A stretch of DNA of 61,149 bases, filler included, from Jimgerdemannia flammicorona (taxonomy: Eukaryota), in the NCBI GenBank assembly GCA_003990765.1. It is 3 parts of 3 records of this genome, joined end to end, with 100 filler letters (N's around TTAATTAATTAA, not from the genome) between each part and the next. Parts side by side here need not be neighbours in the genome. Positions count along the whole stretch, not along the records: positions 1 to 20,320 come from RBNJ01001711.1; positions 20,421 to 40,740 come from RBNJ01001712.1; 1 more part is not named here. One strand, written 5' to 3'. Under the pieces are notes generated by a model. That model ran no database searches, had not been told where the DNA came from, and saw only the letters and a list, made by a program, of their open reading frames with translations. Shown piece after piece: positions 14,790-27,714 of this stretch (positions are counted from its first letter, which is position 1; each line of letters starts with the position of its first letter). Made by a program: the position numbers and the translations under genes.

Positions 14790-17410
14790 ATGGTAGATAC
14801 TATGATGACAATAGCTTCAGTATCAGATACAGCTTCAATAAGTATAGCTATGACAAGTATAGTCTTGACACAACAGTCCAAGAAAGGAAAGAAAAAAGCA
14901 AAAGAATGCTCTAGCATTTGGAAAGAGTTTACAAAAGAGTATACAGAGAATAGAGACATCACTAGAGTTAAATATAATTACTATAAAATGACATATAAGT
15001 TTATTAGTAGCTCTACAACAAATCTATAGGCACATTTTGACAAATTTCACAAAAGTTGTCAAGCAGGAGTGATAGAATTGTTTTTCTCAAAAGTATGGGG
15101 GGTTTTTTTTTTCTTATTAATTTATTGCTATTTTTCTTTTATATTAAATAGCCAAGATTTTCTATAAAATTATTTCAAGATATGCTTGTTTGCTGGATTA
15201 TCCATAATAGTCAGCCTTTCACAGTTGTTAAGAATTCAGAGTTGAGAGATGTTTTTTATCTTCTGAAACCAGATATTACTATTCTTTCTACTGGAACTAT
15301 ATAAAGTGAAATTAAACTGACCTTTCAATAGAATCATGATGCCATCAAAATTATACTATAGATAAGATTTAATATTTAACTTTGAATACCAATTCCAATA
15401 TTTTGAATTAATTTCATTTTAATTTAATTTATTTTAAAATAGAATATACCAGATTGAATATCCTTCACTGTTGATATATAGACATCACTGAATATGCACA
15501 CATTTCTTGGAATTAATGTACATTGGATTTGTCAAAATTAGCAACTTAATTATATATTGATTGATTTTATTAAGCTATCAGAATCTCATTCTGGCAAAAA
15601 TCTTGCTGGTGCCTTTGGGAGCTATGTTCGAGATTTTGGTATACAGACAAAGGTATATAAAGAGTGAGTAAACCTTTTAAAAGAGGTTTTCAAAAAGATC
15701 AGGTTTTCAAAAAAGGTCAGGTTTTCAAAAAAGGTTGAGTTTTCAAAAAAGGTCAAAAGGTCAGATTTTTGAAAAAGGTTGTTTTTTTTTAAATTTTGAA
15801 AAAGCTCAGGTTTTTGAAAAAGGTTGGGTTTTTGAAAAGGTCAGATTTTTAAAAAAGATTGGATTTTCAATAGAGGTTGGGTTTTCAAAAAACAGTTATC
15901 TTATATTTCAAATTATCAATTTTTCACTCTAAATATTAGCTATAATAATAGACAATATATCCAACAACAATATATTTTTTCAAACAATTGGAATGGAGTT
16001 TAATCATAGCCTCAACTATCAGCTAATACAATATGTATACTGCATGGCTCATATTATTAATCTGGCTGTTCAAGTCTTTTTAATATGTCTGAAGGCTGGT
16101 GATGATGGAGAAATGATTTCAAGTCTTTAAATGAGAATTATCAAGATCTGATCATCACTATAGTATTATGAGAGATTTATTATACAATGTAAAGTCTATA
16201 GAATCAACAATCTAAAGGAACTTATTTTGGACATTAAGACTTAGTAGAACTTGATATATTTGATGATTGAACAGACCATTGAATTATCAGAGGTAATTAT
16301 ATTTAATTATATTTAATTTATTGGATGATATGAGTCCATTGTACCTGAGTCTAATCTAATGAATTAATTTTTATTAATAGCTCTTAAATTAAATTCAATA
16401 GTTATAGCTGATAAAGATTTGTGACAATATGCTATTGGAGATTGTACTTAGCAGTTGCTAAAAGATATTATTTTGGTGTTAAAGAGTTTTCAATGTGTAA
16501 TGGATTTTACAACTTGGCAAAAATATCCAACAATTTATTCTACTATTTTGATTTACAACTTTCTATTAGATATGTTGGAGGATAATGACCAAGTAATTTG
16601 AAATCATACAGCAGAACTAGAAAAAACTGAAGAGCTGAATACTCTCATTCAACAGGTGCTAATAGCAGCTATTGATAAGTTGAAAAAATACTATTCAATA
16701 ACAGATTATCTGATTTATTATATTAGTACTAGTAAGTAAATATTTTAAAATTTGCTTGTTGCTGAAGACTATTTCGAAATTTTGAACTATGAATTCATTT
16801 TAAAATTTATTTTATTCTTTGAATGAGAACCAGTTCTTGATCCTAGACTTAAACTACAATATTATTCAAATCACAATTGAGAAACCATTTGGATTGATGT
16901 GGCTGAAAAAACTGTTCATATAGTCTATAATGATAACTATGCCCCTCTATCAGTTTATTATGTAAGTTCTAAAGATTATACTGAAATAGGAGATGATATT
17001 GATGTTAATAACATTACTGAGCTATCTGAACATATATATAACAAAAGACAAAAACTAATGACAAATCCTGAAGAGGAGTTAGATAATTATTTGAAAAGTA
17101 AAACTGTTAAATTTCAACTGGGAGTTGATACATTATCTTAGTGGCAAGTGAGTTGGTTTAATTCAAAATATTATAGATCCAATTTGAAATATTATTTGAG
17201 TTTCTCTAATTTAATTTAATTTGTTGGGAACATTAGGGCTATAGCAGAGATTACTCAAATCTAGCAAAAATAGCATATAACTATTTAGCTATCTCAGCAA
17301 TAAGTATATCCATAAAGAGAGTTTTTTCAAGAGGTAAAGATCTTGTGGTGTCTAAAAGAGATACTTTAGACCCTGAAACCATTCATGAATATATGTGTTT
17401 AAAGGCATGA
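14790..17410 (+). pseudogene. hAT transposase, multi-exon, decayed
   Basis: BED-finger relic SSIWKEF...STTNL*AH; ISFTVDI*TS; DNISNN; CMAHIINLAVQ; VLDPRLK; C-terminal dimerization relic LAISAISISIKRVFSRG. Several gt..ag introns. Confidence 0.85.
15670..15895. repeat. Tandem (a)ggtttt(c/tg)aaaaa repeats inside a hAT intron (also 29335-29490)
   Basis: About 10 degenerate ~17-19 bp units visible in both hAT copies. Confidence 0.75.
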
Positions 17411-17516
17411 TAATAAGCTAACCAATTCTGAAATCTAGAAATATAGTTAAAATATAGTTTAATCTCGACTAACTAAATATATCCATATATTATAATATTT
17501 CTAATACATATACTGC

Positions 17517-18020
17517 TATATTTGAAGCTCTCAGTTTACTTGTCACCAGCAGACATTAATTGTATTATGGTACCATATTCAAAGCTCAGTGCTTGCTCAT
17601 TAGCTAATATTAATTGCACTATTTGAAGCTCTCAGGGCTCACTTCTGATCAAACCATATATGGTTACCCTGTCTCAGCCTACCAAACCTGCCGCCAAATC
17701 CACTACAACCAGTATACCCACCACTACTACAGGCCAGTATATCCACTACCACATGGACTTGCTGAGAGCTATAGTAATGCAATTAATAAGCAAGCCCTGA
17801 GAGCTTCAAATATAGTGCTAAGAGTATAAGCCAGAAGATGGTACTGAGTGAGCCCTGAGAGTTTCAAATATGGTACCAAGAGTATAAGCAAGCTAGAAGA
17901 TAGCACCAAGAGCTTCATAAGCTATAGTGATACAATTAATACTAGCCAACAAGTGAGCCCTGAGAGCTTTGAATATTATAAGCCATATTTGAAGCTCGGG
18001 GCTTGCTTATGAAGCTCTTG
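17517..18020. repeat. Dispersed atatttgaagctc repeats between transposase and accessory ORF (also 32400-33000)
   Basis: The motif occurs in direct and inverted orientation in copy 1 and as an expanded direct array in copy 2. Confidence 0.75.
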
Positions 18021-18099
18021 GGGGTTGCTTGTTGACCTAGTATTAAAAATGTATAAATAAGCTATCTAAGCTGCCATCTTTAATAAAAATAAAAACAAA

Positions 18100-18696
18100 A
18101 TGCATATTCAAACTTATCTTAACTACCTCTCAAATTATTTTGAAGACATGAATCATACCATTGATAAGATATATACTTGGATGGTGACTGATAGAATCTA
18201 TGCTACTCAAGAAGAACATAGAAAGAAGAAGAAAATACTTACTAAAGTAATTGAGCAATTCATTTTAGCTATTGCCCCAATACTCTCTGCTGCTCTAGCC
18301 CCCTTAGCCCTGGTCATCACTCTGGCCCCTCCAGTCCCAGTCATTACTCCAGCCCTGGTCATTGCCCTAGCCCCAGTCATTGCCCCAGCCTCAGTCATTA
18401 CCCTAGCCCCAATTATTGCCCCAGTTCCAGTCATCACCCCAGCCCTGGTTGTCACCCTGGCCCCCCCAGCCTCAGTTGTCATTACCCGAGCCCCAGTCAT
18501 CACCCCAGCCCCCCCAAAACCAAGAGGCCATCCTCAGACCAGTTGTTATAATTGCAGAAGATATAGAAAGACTTATAGTACCCTCCCTAAAGTTTGCCAG
18601 AAGTTGAACCCATTGACTCCTAACCTACCTTTGAGAAAAAGGCCTTATGATAATTTCTATCAGTTGGCTATTGTGGCCAGACATACTACATGCTGA
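18100..18696 (+). CDS. hAT-internal accessory ORF: helical N-terminus, Pro/Ala linker, AT-hook-like motif and Cys cluster
   Basis: 198-aa open frame in otherwise decayed DNA. A colinear homolog lies at ~33097-33680 in hAT copy 2. Confidence 0.7.
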   Translation: MHIQTYLNYLSNYFEDMNHTIDKIYTWMVTDRIYATQEEHRKKKKILTKVIEQFILAIAPILSAALAPLALVITLAPPVPVITPALVIALAPVIAPASVITLAPIIAPVPVITPALVVTLAPPASVVITRAPVITPAPPKPRGHPQTSCYNCRRYRKTYSTLPKVCQKLNPLTPNLPLRKRPYDNFYQLAIVARHTTC

Positions 18697-20129
18697 GTGT
18701 TACAAGTGTTGAATGTATTGGGTAAGTAGAATGTATTATGAATACTATATATATATGTATGTAAATAACAAATAAATCATATAAGCCACCAATAATTACA
18801 AACCTAATTTTTTTTTTAATCAAATCAGACCTCAATTTGATTTAAACTCAATTTGATTCAAACCCAATTTGAACAATTCAAATCACCCTTAATTTAATTT
18901 AATTCAAATTGATTCGATTTGTTTGAGAGCACTAGATGAGCAATAATGATAAACCATGAGTTATAATGACTATAAGATAGATATCTTAAGGAATATATGA
19001 AGGACTAAGAAACTACAGCAGTAGTAACTCAAACAAGACTTACAAAATTCCAAAATAGTTCAAAAGACTCATTATAAATAAATATCTGTCATTTGTCAAA
19101 TCTTAAGATCCAGAAATCACTAAGAATTCTCAGTTCTAAGAAAGGATATTCCAAGATATCAGAAGAGCTATAAGAACCTATACTAGAAGGATTCCTAGTC
19201 TTAATATGAGTACTGGTGACCCTTATCACTTTATTCTCTACTATTGTAAAATAGAGACAAGAATCACTACTACTACTGAATACCTCTAGATATAGCAGAA
19301 ATACAAAATAGAAAATCTCTTCTATTGGGAATTCTCTCAGGCCAGTCTCTAGGAGATATAAGATACTATCTCTATAGATATACATAAATTGAGAGTAGTC
19401 AAAAAGATCTATCAGGTCTTCAGACATATACTTTGGTCAATCTCAACTTAGAGTATACCAGAGTCTCAGACTTCAAAGAATTATTAGCCTACTATATAGA
19501 TATACTAGAGGCCATAGTAGCTACAGAAACCCAATTCACTATGAGATAGAAGAGTTCTGGAATTCTATCCTCTAGAATAGTTTAGATCAATTCCCATAAG
19601 AATTAATCTCAGTATTCTAAGACTTCAGTATCTAGATTAGACCCCTCAAGATCTCATCTTTATTCTCTACTTTATAGAGGAAAATATCATAGATTGGAGA
19701 GCTTCTGATCTCTTTGCTCTCTTACTGCTGCTAAATGTAATAATGTCATTAGTGATAATATCATCCCACTAATTGATATATATGAAATATACAAAATACA
19801 CAAAATATGTAAAATAAATAAAATGAATAGAATACTTACAGAAACATTTACTGATCTTATCTCCTTTAAAGATATCCTAATCTCCAGCCTTAATGATAGT
19901 AATAAAGATGAAGTCTCCAGGATTCTGAACATTCTGCTTTAAGTTCTTTGTATAACTATTGACATTCTGATCTTATACAACTATTTATTAGGCACTTGAA
20001 TTTATACTTATAATCTGAAGTTTTCTATATTCAAGTATCTTATTTATTTGGTTATTAGGATTTATATTTAGTTTTATAACTTAGTAATTATTAAATTATA
20101 TTTTATATAAATATCTCTCTCATTTTCTT

Positions 20130-20132
<3 letters not shown>

Positions 20133-20197
<65 letters not shown>

Positions 20198-20320
20198 TAG
20201 ACTCAATTTTCTGCAGATTTTTATTGTAAGTAAATCTATACTATATAGGCCAAATCCCTTTCCTACCTTCCATCAAGCTCTGTTTTTTCTTTTATCTTTT
20301 CTAGTTTTTTTTTTGTATTT
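20133..20320 (-). mobile_element. 3' end of a non-LTR retrotransposon, cut by the gap
   Basis: Long poly-T followed by sequence similar to 29796-29880 (agactc...tataggccaaa...catcaagc). Confidence 0.6.
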
Positions 20321-20420
20321 NNNNNNNNNNNNNNNNNNNNNNNNNNNNNNNNNNNNNNNNNNNNTTAATTAATTAANNNNNNNNNNNNNNNNNNNNNNNN
20401 NNNNNNNNNNNNNNNNNNNN
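20321..20420. other. Assembly gap with TTAATTAATTAA linker
   Basis: N44-ttaattaattaa-N44, identical to the gap at 40741-40840. Confidence 0.97.
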
Positions 20421-21620
20421 ATAAATTTTTTTTTTTAGATTTTTTTTTAAAGATAAAATAAAAATTTAAAAACAATAAATTTAATATTTTTAAATATCTC
20501 TAATATAAAACTATAATATATTATAATATAAAATATATTTATTTAGAGTATTTTTATTTAAATAATTAAAATATAAAATTTAATAAAACATTGGTTCAGT
20601 TTTGGAACATATTGTAGTTATTATTATTAAGATTATCTTAGATAGTATTAATAAGAGTTAAAAATTTTCAATTTGAATTATTTTAAAATTATTAATAACT
20701 TTTTCTTTCTTTGATCTTATTTTGTTAAATTTATATATTGATAGCTATATTAATTATATATAATATTTATTTTTATTTATTATAAGATATAAATAATTAT
20801 ATTCTTTTAAATCTATTTATAATTTTTTATTTATTTATATCAATATTAGAATATTGTAATAAATTAATTTATATTACTTTAATAATTAATATATTTTTTA
20901 TATAGATATTATAATTTAAAAATAATATAAAATATTTAAAAATTAGTATAATTTAATATTCTGTTTATTAAAATATATATATAGTTTACTATAATTTCTA
21001 TTTAGTACTCTTAATAAATTGAATTGAGATCTAACTCAATTCAATTTAAATTAAATTGAGGTTTAATTTGATTCAAGTTTCAATTTGAATAAAATCAAGT
21101 CATAATTTAAATTGAATTCAAAGTTTGAATTTTGAATTGAATTCAAAATTTAATTTAAAGTTTGAAATTTAAATCTAAATATAGTAATTCAAAACTCACA
21201 TATAATATAACTCACAATAATAATAAATATATACTCTTTTTAGCAATCAAATAATATTACAATTAAGTATATTAGATATGTTTTCTATATTACCACTTAT
21301 GATAGATACTACATATAATAACAGCTTCAGTATCAGATATAGCTTCAATAAGTATAGCTATAATAAGTGCAGTCTCAATACAACAGTCTCAGAAAGAAAA
21401 AGAAAAAGCAAAAGAACATTTTAGTATTTGGAAAAAGTTTATAAAAGAGTATGAAGAAAATTGAGACATCAAAAGAATTAAATATAATTATTATAAAATA
21501 ACATAAGTTTATTAATAGCTCAATAATAAATTTATAAGTACATTTTAATAAATTTCATAAGAGTTATCAAGTAAAAGTAATAGAATTATTTTTCTCAAAA
21601 GTATAATTTATATTATTTAT

Positions 21621-21683
<63 letters not shown>

Positions 21684-22147
21684 CTTATTAATTCATTACT
21701 ATTTGATATTTCTCTTTTATATTAAATAGCTAAGATTTTCTATGAAATTATTTCAAGATATGCTTATTTGTTAGATCATCTATAATAGTTAGCCTTTTAT
21801 AGTTATTGAGAATTTAGAGCTAAGAAATATTTTTTGCCTTCTGAAACTGGATATTACTATTTCTTCTACTGAAATAATATAAAGTAAAATTAAACTGGCC
21901 TTTTAATGAAATTATGATACTGTTAAAATTACACTATAGATAAGATTTAATATTTTAACTTTGAATATTAATTCCAATATTTCAAATTAATCTCATTTTG
22001 ATTTAATTTATTTGGAAATAGAATATACTAGATTGAATATCCTTTACTATTGATACATAGATATTTCTAAATATATATGTATTTCTTAGAATTAATGTAT
22101 ATTAGATTTGTCAAAATTGGTAACTCAATTATATGTTAATTAATTAT

Positions 22148-23639
22148 TGTAAGTATACAACCTCCAAGCCACCAAAATTGTATGTCATCCTCAGAACTAA
22201 TTTGGAAACTATATATAAGACTATAAAATAAGTTACTGAAGAGATCATCTGGTTACACAAAATATGCCAGTAAGTACAAGAACTCACTGCTAAGATATAA
22301 GAATACTAGAAGAAGTACTATAACTATAAGACTGACTCTAAACCTCTATAACTAGTTTGATATACTATACTATTATAAAAGGAACCCAAAAGTACCAAAA
22401 TCAAACCAAGACAAGAAGAACCCTATCTCATCCATCAAAAGGTTTATGAACTATACTTATCAACTCAAGACTAAGATACATTATGACTATATAAGATCTC
22501 ATTATTTAGCAGAAGTAAAATATATTTGAATAACTCTATTTACTCTATCTGTATTACTTCTATTGGAGAGTGATGGATGCTTCATCTGAACTCAAGAAAG
22601 CCAACATCATCAAAACCAATCTCAAGCCATTCATATAATAGATATTACTACTAGAAATTGCCTCAGATTACAGAAAATATTATTTCTGAGAGATTTGAAC
22701 CCCCAGCTATGACATTGGGAGCCCTCACCCTAGACAAGAATGGCCAGTCCTCACAAATGCACCAGAAGACTAAAAAAAAAGAGAACCAAGACCTGTTATC
22801 CTTATACAACCATCACTACCAAGGATAGTCTTAATCTTGCAAGAGATAGAAGTGATGATACTTTGGAAACTGATGATGTCAGAAGTCAGAAAACTACTCA
22901 GACTTTGCCAGAGATGATATAATCAATAGTAATGTTATCAAAGACTAACCAGATAGCAGCTAAACCTATAAATAGCTTAGCAGTCATAGTATAGTTAGAT
23001 TAGCCTTATACAATGTGACTGTGAACTGACTCAGCAGTCAGGTGATCTCTTGATATGTCAGATTACACTTATACTATATGACTACATTTTGACTCAGCAA
23101 AACACTAAGTGTTATATCTATTTAGCATAGTCCAGATAACCCCTCACTAGTATAAATACCCCCTCTCCCAGACCTCAGAATCTCAGACTTGAACAATTTG
23201 AATACAACTCCTGAACACTTTCTCACAATATCCCTTCATATAACTACTTCTAGTATAGCAATATTATAAATAGCAAATAAATCTATTTAATAACCCACAA
23301 ACCACTCTTAAGTAAATCTGCTCTCCATTAGGTCCTACTCCTAACCCTGTCATGAAACTTCCTAATTAAGTATTGTCTGTAGCAATATGCTAATTCAACT
23401 AAGCTGGTCTTAGTTTCTTGAACTTCCTGAAATATAGAAAATCCTGAACATCCAGAACTAGTCCAAAAAAGGACTTTGGTTAAGATGTCAACTCAATCTT
23501 GAAATCAATAAGCATAGAGGATATACTCTATATGAAATTGATCTTGATCTTAAGAAAATGATCTTCCAGAATATCCAGAACTTCCAGAAAACTCTTTCAG
23601 AACTATGTAACAGTTACCCTAAAAAGCAAACCTCTTACA
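22148..23639 (+). repeat. 5' LTR of Gypsy A (1492 bp)
   Basis: tgtaag...cttaca, direct repeat of 27715-29206. Confidence 0.95.
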
Positions 23640-23642
23640 ACT

Positions 23643-23654
23643 TGGTAGCAGTAG
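23643..23654 (+). promoter_or_regulatory. Primer-binding site of Gypsy A (initiator-Met tRNA-like)
   Basis: tggtagcagtag lies 3 nt after the 5' LTR. Element E has tgatagcagcag at the same position. Confidence 0.7.
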
Positions 23655-25667
23655 TTTATAATCCAATTCCACTTTAAGATGCTTCCTCACCCTGCTACAA
23701 AACCTCTCTGAGAATTCCTACAAGTTGGTATAAAGCCCAACCTCTGAACTGGAATTTATTCTGAACCATTTGACAATCTGGAGAGAATTGAATCTGATAT
23801 ATAAGGACAATTTGACCTCCACACCTATAATAAGTGAGATAAACTTCATTCAAAGAAAGAAGTACTCTGATTAAATCAGCAAATAGGTAAGACCCTATTT
23901 ACTGAACTCCTTGCCCTACACCCAGCAAGTCAAGATGAAGAAGGTCTTATAGAAGCCTTCTTTACTCTTCTCAACAAGAGTTTTGTCAGCTCTATAAATC
24001 TGAGTGATCTAGGACAACTATCAGCAGTCTTTCTAGCCTTAGTTCCTTATGAAGCCTAAGCCTCTGTAGCCAAGTGGCTCAACTCTACCAACTTTCACCA
24101 TACCAGAACTAAGACCACATTATACTACTGATTCCAGAACAGCAAGATCTGCCATATTCTTAAGGAAGAAGCAAGAGAAACTCTTCATCAACAATCTGAC
24201 CCTAAACCAGAAGCAGGCCCAGCTACAGCTCTACCTGAACCAGAAACCAATACTGAACCAGAACTTGACTTTGAATTAAGTCCATCTGAAATCAGATATA
24301 CAACTGATTCTGTCTACTTTGATGCTGAGCAAACCCAATTACATAGAGACTAAACCAAAGAGAAGAAGGAGTATCTTAGTGAATTTGATCTCAGATATAC
24401 TACTGAAGGAGACATATCTCCATCAGGACAGAATACACTGACACAGCAATAAATAGCTATCTATCAAACCCTTACTCCAGACCCACAACACTACTTCAGC
24501 AACTTATATAGACCCAAAGAATACTATCACACTCTGCACCAGTACCTCAAGTAGTACCAGTAACACTACTACTAACAGTCTAGCTACCTTCAGTAAACAA
24601 CATGGTAAACCAACAGATTCTAGACCTCATAGCCCAGGTAGCTATAATGGTAGCAACTATTACTGCCTTAGCTGAACAGACCTGACCTAATAAAAAATCT
24701 GAGCCTACCTACCTTTAATGGTACTATACAAGAAGTCTAAAGCTTTATTAGTATAGTTGATATCAACTTTGAAGCCAATTAATAGACCAATGAGTGAGTT
24801 GCTGACTGCCTTCTGACAAACAATCAAGACCATACTCTGGAACAACTCTTTGTTATCATGATAGCTTATATCTGCCGAGTTGTTACATTCTTCCAAGGAT
24901 CCACCAAAGAATGGTAGTGAACCCTTCCTGAAAAACCCCTCACATAGGATACCCAACCTGCAGTAGTTGCTCAAAATGTAGCAAATAATGCCCCAGGATA
25001 TGGAGCCCATCCTGCAGCCCCTGGACTGAAACAACTTATGATTGTTCAATACCACAGCAAAACCATGATTGCTGAATCTTGAGTAAAACTCTGTAACCTC
25101 AAATTTGATATATATGGCAAGAAAGAATTCAAAACCTTCTGTACAAAACTTGAGTCACTTCTGAACACTGTTGGCCTAGGATACATTGCCAATGACAAAG
25201 CACAAAATGGTACAAAAGCAGACCATCTATTCAATGTACTACCTGAATGGCTTACCAGAAAAATCTGAGAACAAGGCTGCCCAGTTAGTTGTGACCACCA
25301 ATAATAGTACCTAGCCAGAAACAAGACCATGGTCAAGTGAATCCTAACAGCTGGACCAATTCTGCCTCAAAGACAATTCAACAATAAGGAAAAGACTTAG
25401 ACCAAGAAAGAAGAACCCAAGCATGAAGTATTCTAAGCTCCCTCAACATCCACCTTATGGATACCCAGAAATCATGAACCCACCCAGCTGAGTATCTTCA
25501 AGAAACTTACTGAAGGAGAAAGGAATAAACTTTGAAGAAGCAGAGTATACTTCTATTGCCGAAAGACAGGACATATGGCCAGTGTCTGTTCCAACTGAAA
25601 ACCTCAAACAGCAACATGAGCAACTGTTGCTACTCTACATTACCTTAATAACCTGACTACCAGAATA

Positions 25668-26075
25668 CTGGATTTTGTCAAGTTAAGACAAACTACTAAG
25701 GCCCCAACTAAAAAAAGTCAAAAAGCAGCTAGATATGACCTGTATACAGCCAAAGAAGCTACAGTTTCCAACTGAGAAGTCAAGCAAGTCTATATAAGAA
25801 TCAGCATCCAAATCCCTGAAGGATATATTGAAAGAATATATTATTGCAGCAGCCTAGCATTGAAAGAACTCTCAGTAGAAGGAGGAGTCATTGATGAAGA
25901 TTACACAGGTGAAATTATTGTCCTCATCCAAAACTATAGTTAGATATCCTTCAAGATCTCTATTGGTTTCTACATTGCCCAGATCCTATTTGAGAAAATT
26001 GAGTCAACTTTAACAGTCAAGAAAGTCTCTGAACTACTCTCTACCATCTGAGGATCCAAGGGATTTGGCTCATCA
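25668..26075 (+). pseudogene. dUTPase domain of Gypsy A (between gag and protease)
   Basis: Motifs AARYDL, CSSLA, GGVIDEDYTG, IAQI, *GSKGFGSS. Confidence 0.9.
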
Positions 26076-26709
26076 AACAAGGCCCCAGCCCAACCTACCA
26101 TAAACAAAGAAGAACAATTCTATAAGAAAATCAAAGATAGATATATACCTAGTGACTGATGTCCCCATGACATTGGAATGTACTCTTCCCAAATGATCGA
26201 TAATTGCTTCTCTTGTGTCAATGAATTGGCTCAAAGAAGAACCAATAGAAGGAAAGCTCCTATAACTGAAATTACTACCATTGGATCAGACAAACTACTT
26301 ACACTTCAAGCTTTTGTCAACCAAGTACCTGTTAAGATTATAATAGACAGTGGTGCCTCAGGCAACTTCATCAATGAAGGAAACAGCCAACAGACTCAAG
26401 GTCTTCACCTCCCCAGTACAACAAACTCAAGCAGTTGCCACAGCTGATGAAACCTCACATGTCATTAGCAAGAAAGTCCACAATCTACCCTTCCAAATTA
26501 GTGACTACTGAGTACATATTATTCTCCAGATTGTACCACTCTCTGATAATGAAATCATCCTTAGGACTCCATGGTTAAAACAAGAGAACCCCATGATTGA
26601 TTGGGTAAACCATTCTCTGACCATCAAGAAAGAATGCCACAACTTCAAACTGTAAGGTGAAAAGGACCCACTCAGCTCTAGTGACTCTGGACCAAAGATC
26701 ACTCATATC

Positions 26710-27069
26710 TAGTACTCCCAAATGAGTCGAATCAATTCGAATCGAATCGAATTGAGGGTTAAACAAGTCGAATCGAATTGGGGATTTTTCAATTCAAATC
26801 AATTTGAATCAAATCAAAAGTCAAATCAAATTGAGGGTCTGATTCGAACCCTAATTTTCAAAATGCAATAACTCAGCATAAACTCATCCAAATCTAACGT
26901 ACTTTAGCTTGTTAGAATCACATTAATATGGTGAATCTAACAAGCTAAAATATATTAAATTTGGATGAGTTTTCGTCGAGTTATTACATTTTGAAAATTA
27001 AGGTTCGAATCGAACTTTAAATCGAATTGGACCTTTGATTTGATTTGATTTGATTCGTTGGGAGTACTA
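26710..27069. mobile_element. hAT-derived MITE, copy 3 (least mutated, retains CpG), inserted in Gypsy A pol
   Basis: Perfect TIR tagtactcccaa/ttgggagtacta. Perfect 8-bp TSD ctcatatc at 26702-26709 and 27070-27077. Confidence 0.95.
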
Positions 27070-27714
27070 CTCATATCAACAAACTACAACTCAAGAAATT
27101 AGCCAAGAAATGCCCTCTCTTTGCCATCTCCATCTGCCCATCCAAAGGAGAATCCAAGAACTCTGAAGAAGACTTTTCCAAAGTTGACAGCCATGTTAGA
27201 CCACTACTCCAGAAATTCCAAGACATATTTCTAAAGAAGCTCCCAAAAGGTCTACCTCCTAAATGAGCAGTAGACTATACCATTAAGACCATTCTAGATA
27301 TCAAGCCAGCCTTCAAATCAATCTACTACATATCTCCAAGAAAAATTGATATTCTTAAGAAAGAAATTAACAAACTCCTAGAACAAGGATTCATTAGACC
27401 CAGTGTATCACCCTATGGTGCACTAGTCCTCTTTGTTGTCAAGAAAGGAGAAGACTTGTGAATGTGTATTGATTATTGAGACCTCAATGAACAGACTATC
27501 AAGAACTGTTATCCACTACTTCAGAAGGTCCAAGACATATTTCTGAACCAAATCACAGAACCACCTGTATCTGTCATTATCAATAACCAAGAAGAATACA
27601 AAGTTGAACAAATTCTTAACAAAAATAGCCACAAGAACCATCCAAATGATACAACAACACTAGATCAAATTAGAAGGCCCCAACGAGGACATCAAAAGCT
27701 AAGAAGGGGAGAGT

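Larger units (their letters stand above)
14494..18934 (+). mobile_element. Full-length hAT DNA transposon, copy 1 (decayed)
   Basis: Termini tagtactcccaac...gtttgagagcacta. 8-bp TSD aatgagta/gatgagca. Subterminal aattc(a/g)a arrays and a transposase relic. Confidence 0.92.
12437..19990 (+). mobile_element. Highly decayed retroelement relic (possibly APE-type non-LTR), interrupted by a MITE and a hAT
   Basis: Only weak relic motifs (IIRGDIN resembling GDFN at ~12685; SDY resembling SDH at ~12990). It acts as host for the insertions at 13927 and 14494. Boundaries uncertain. Confidence 0.3.

Noticed and set aside
20321..20420. ttaattaattaa palindrome inside both N runs
   Set aside because: Artificial six-frame-stop linker. 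Adjacency across the gaps is not evidence of biology.
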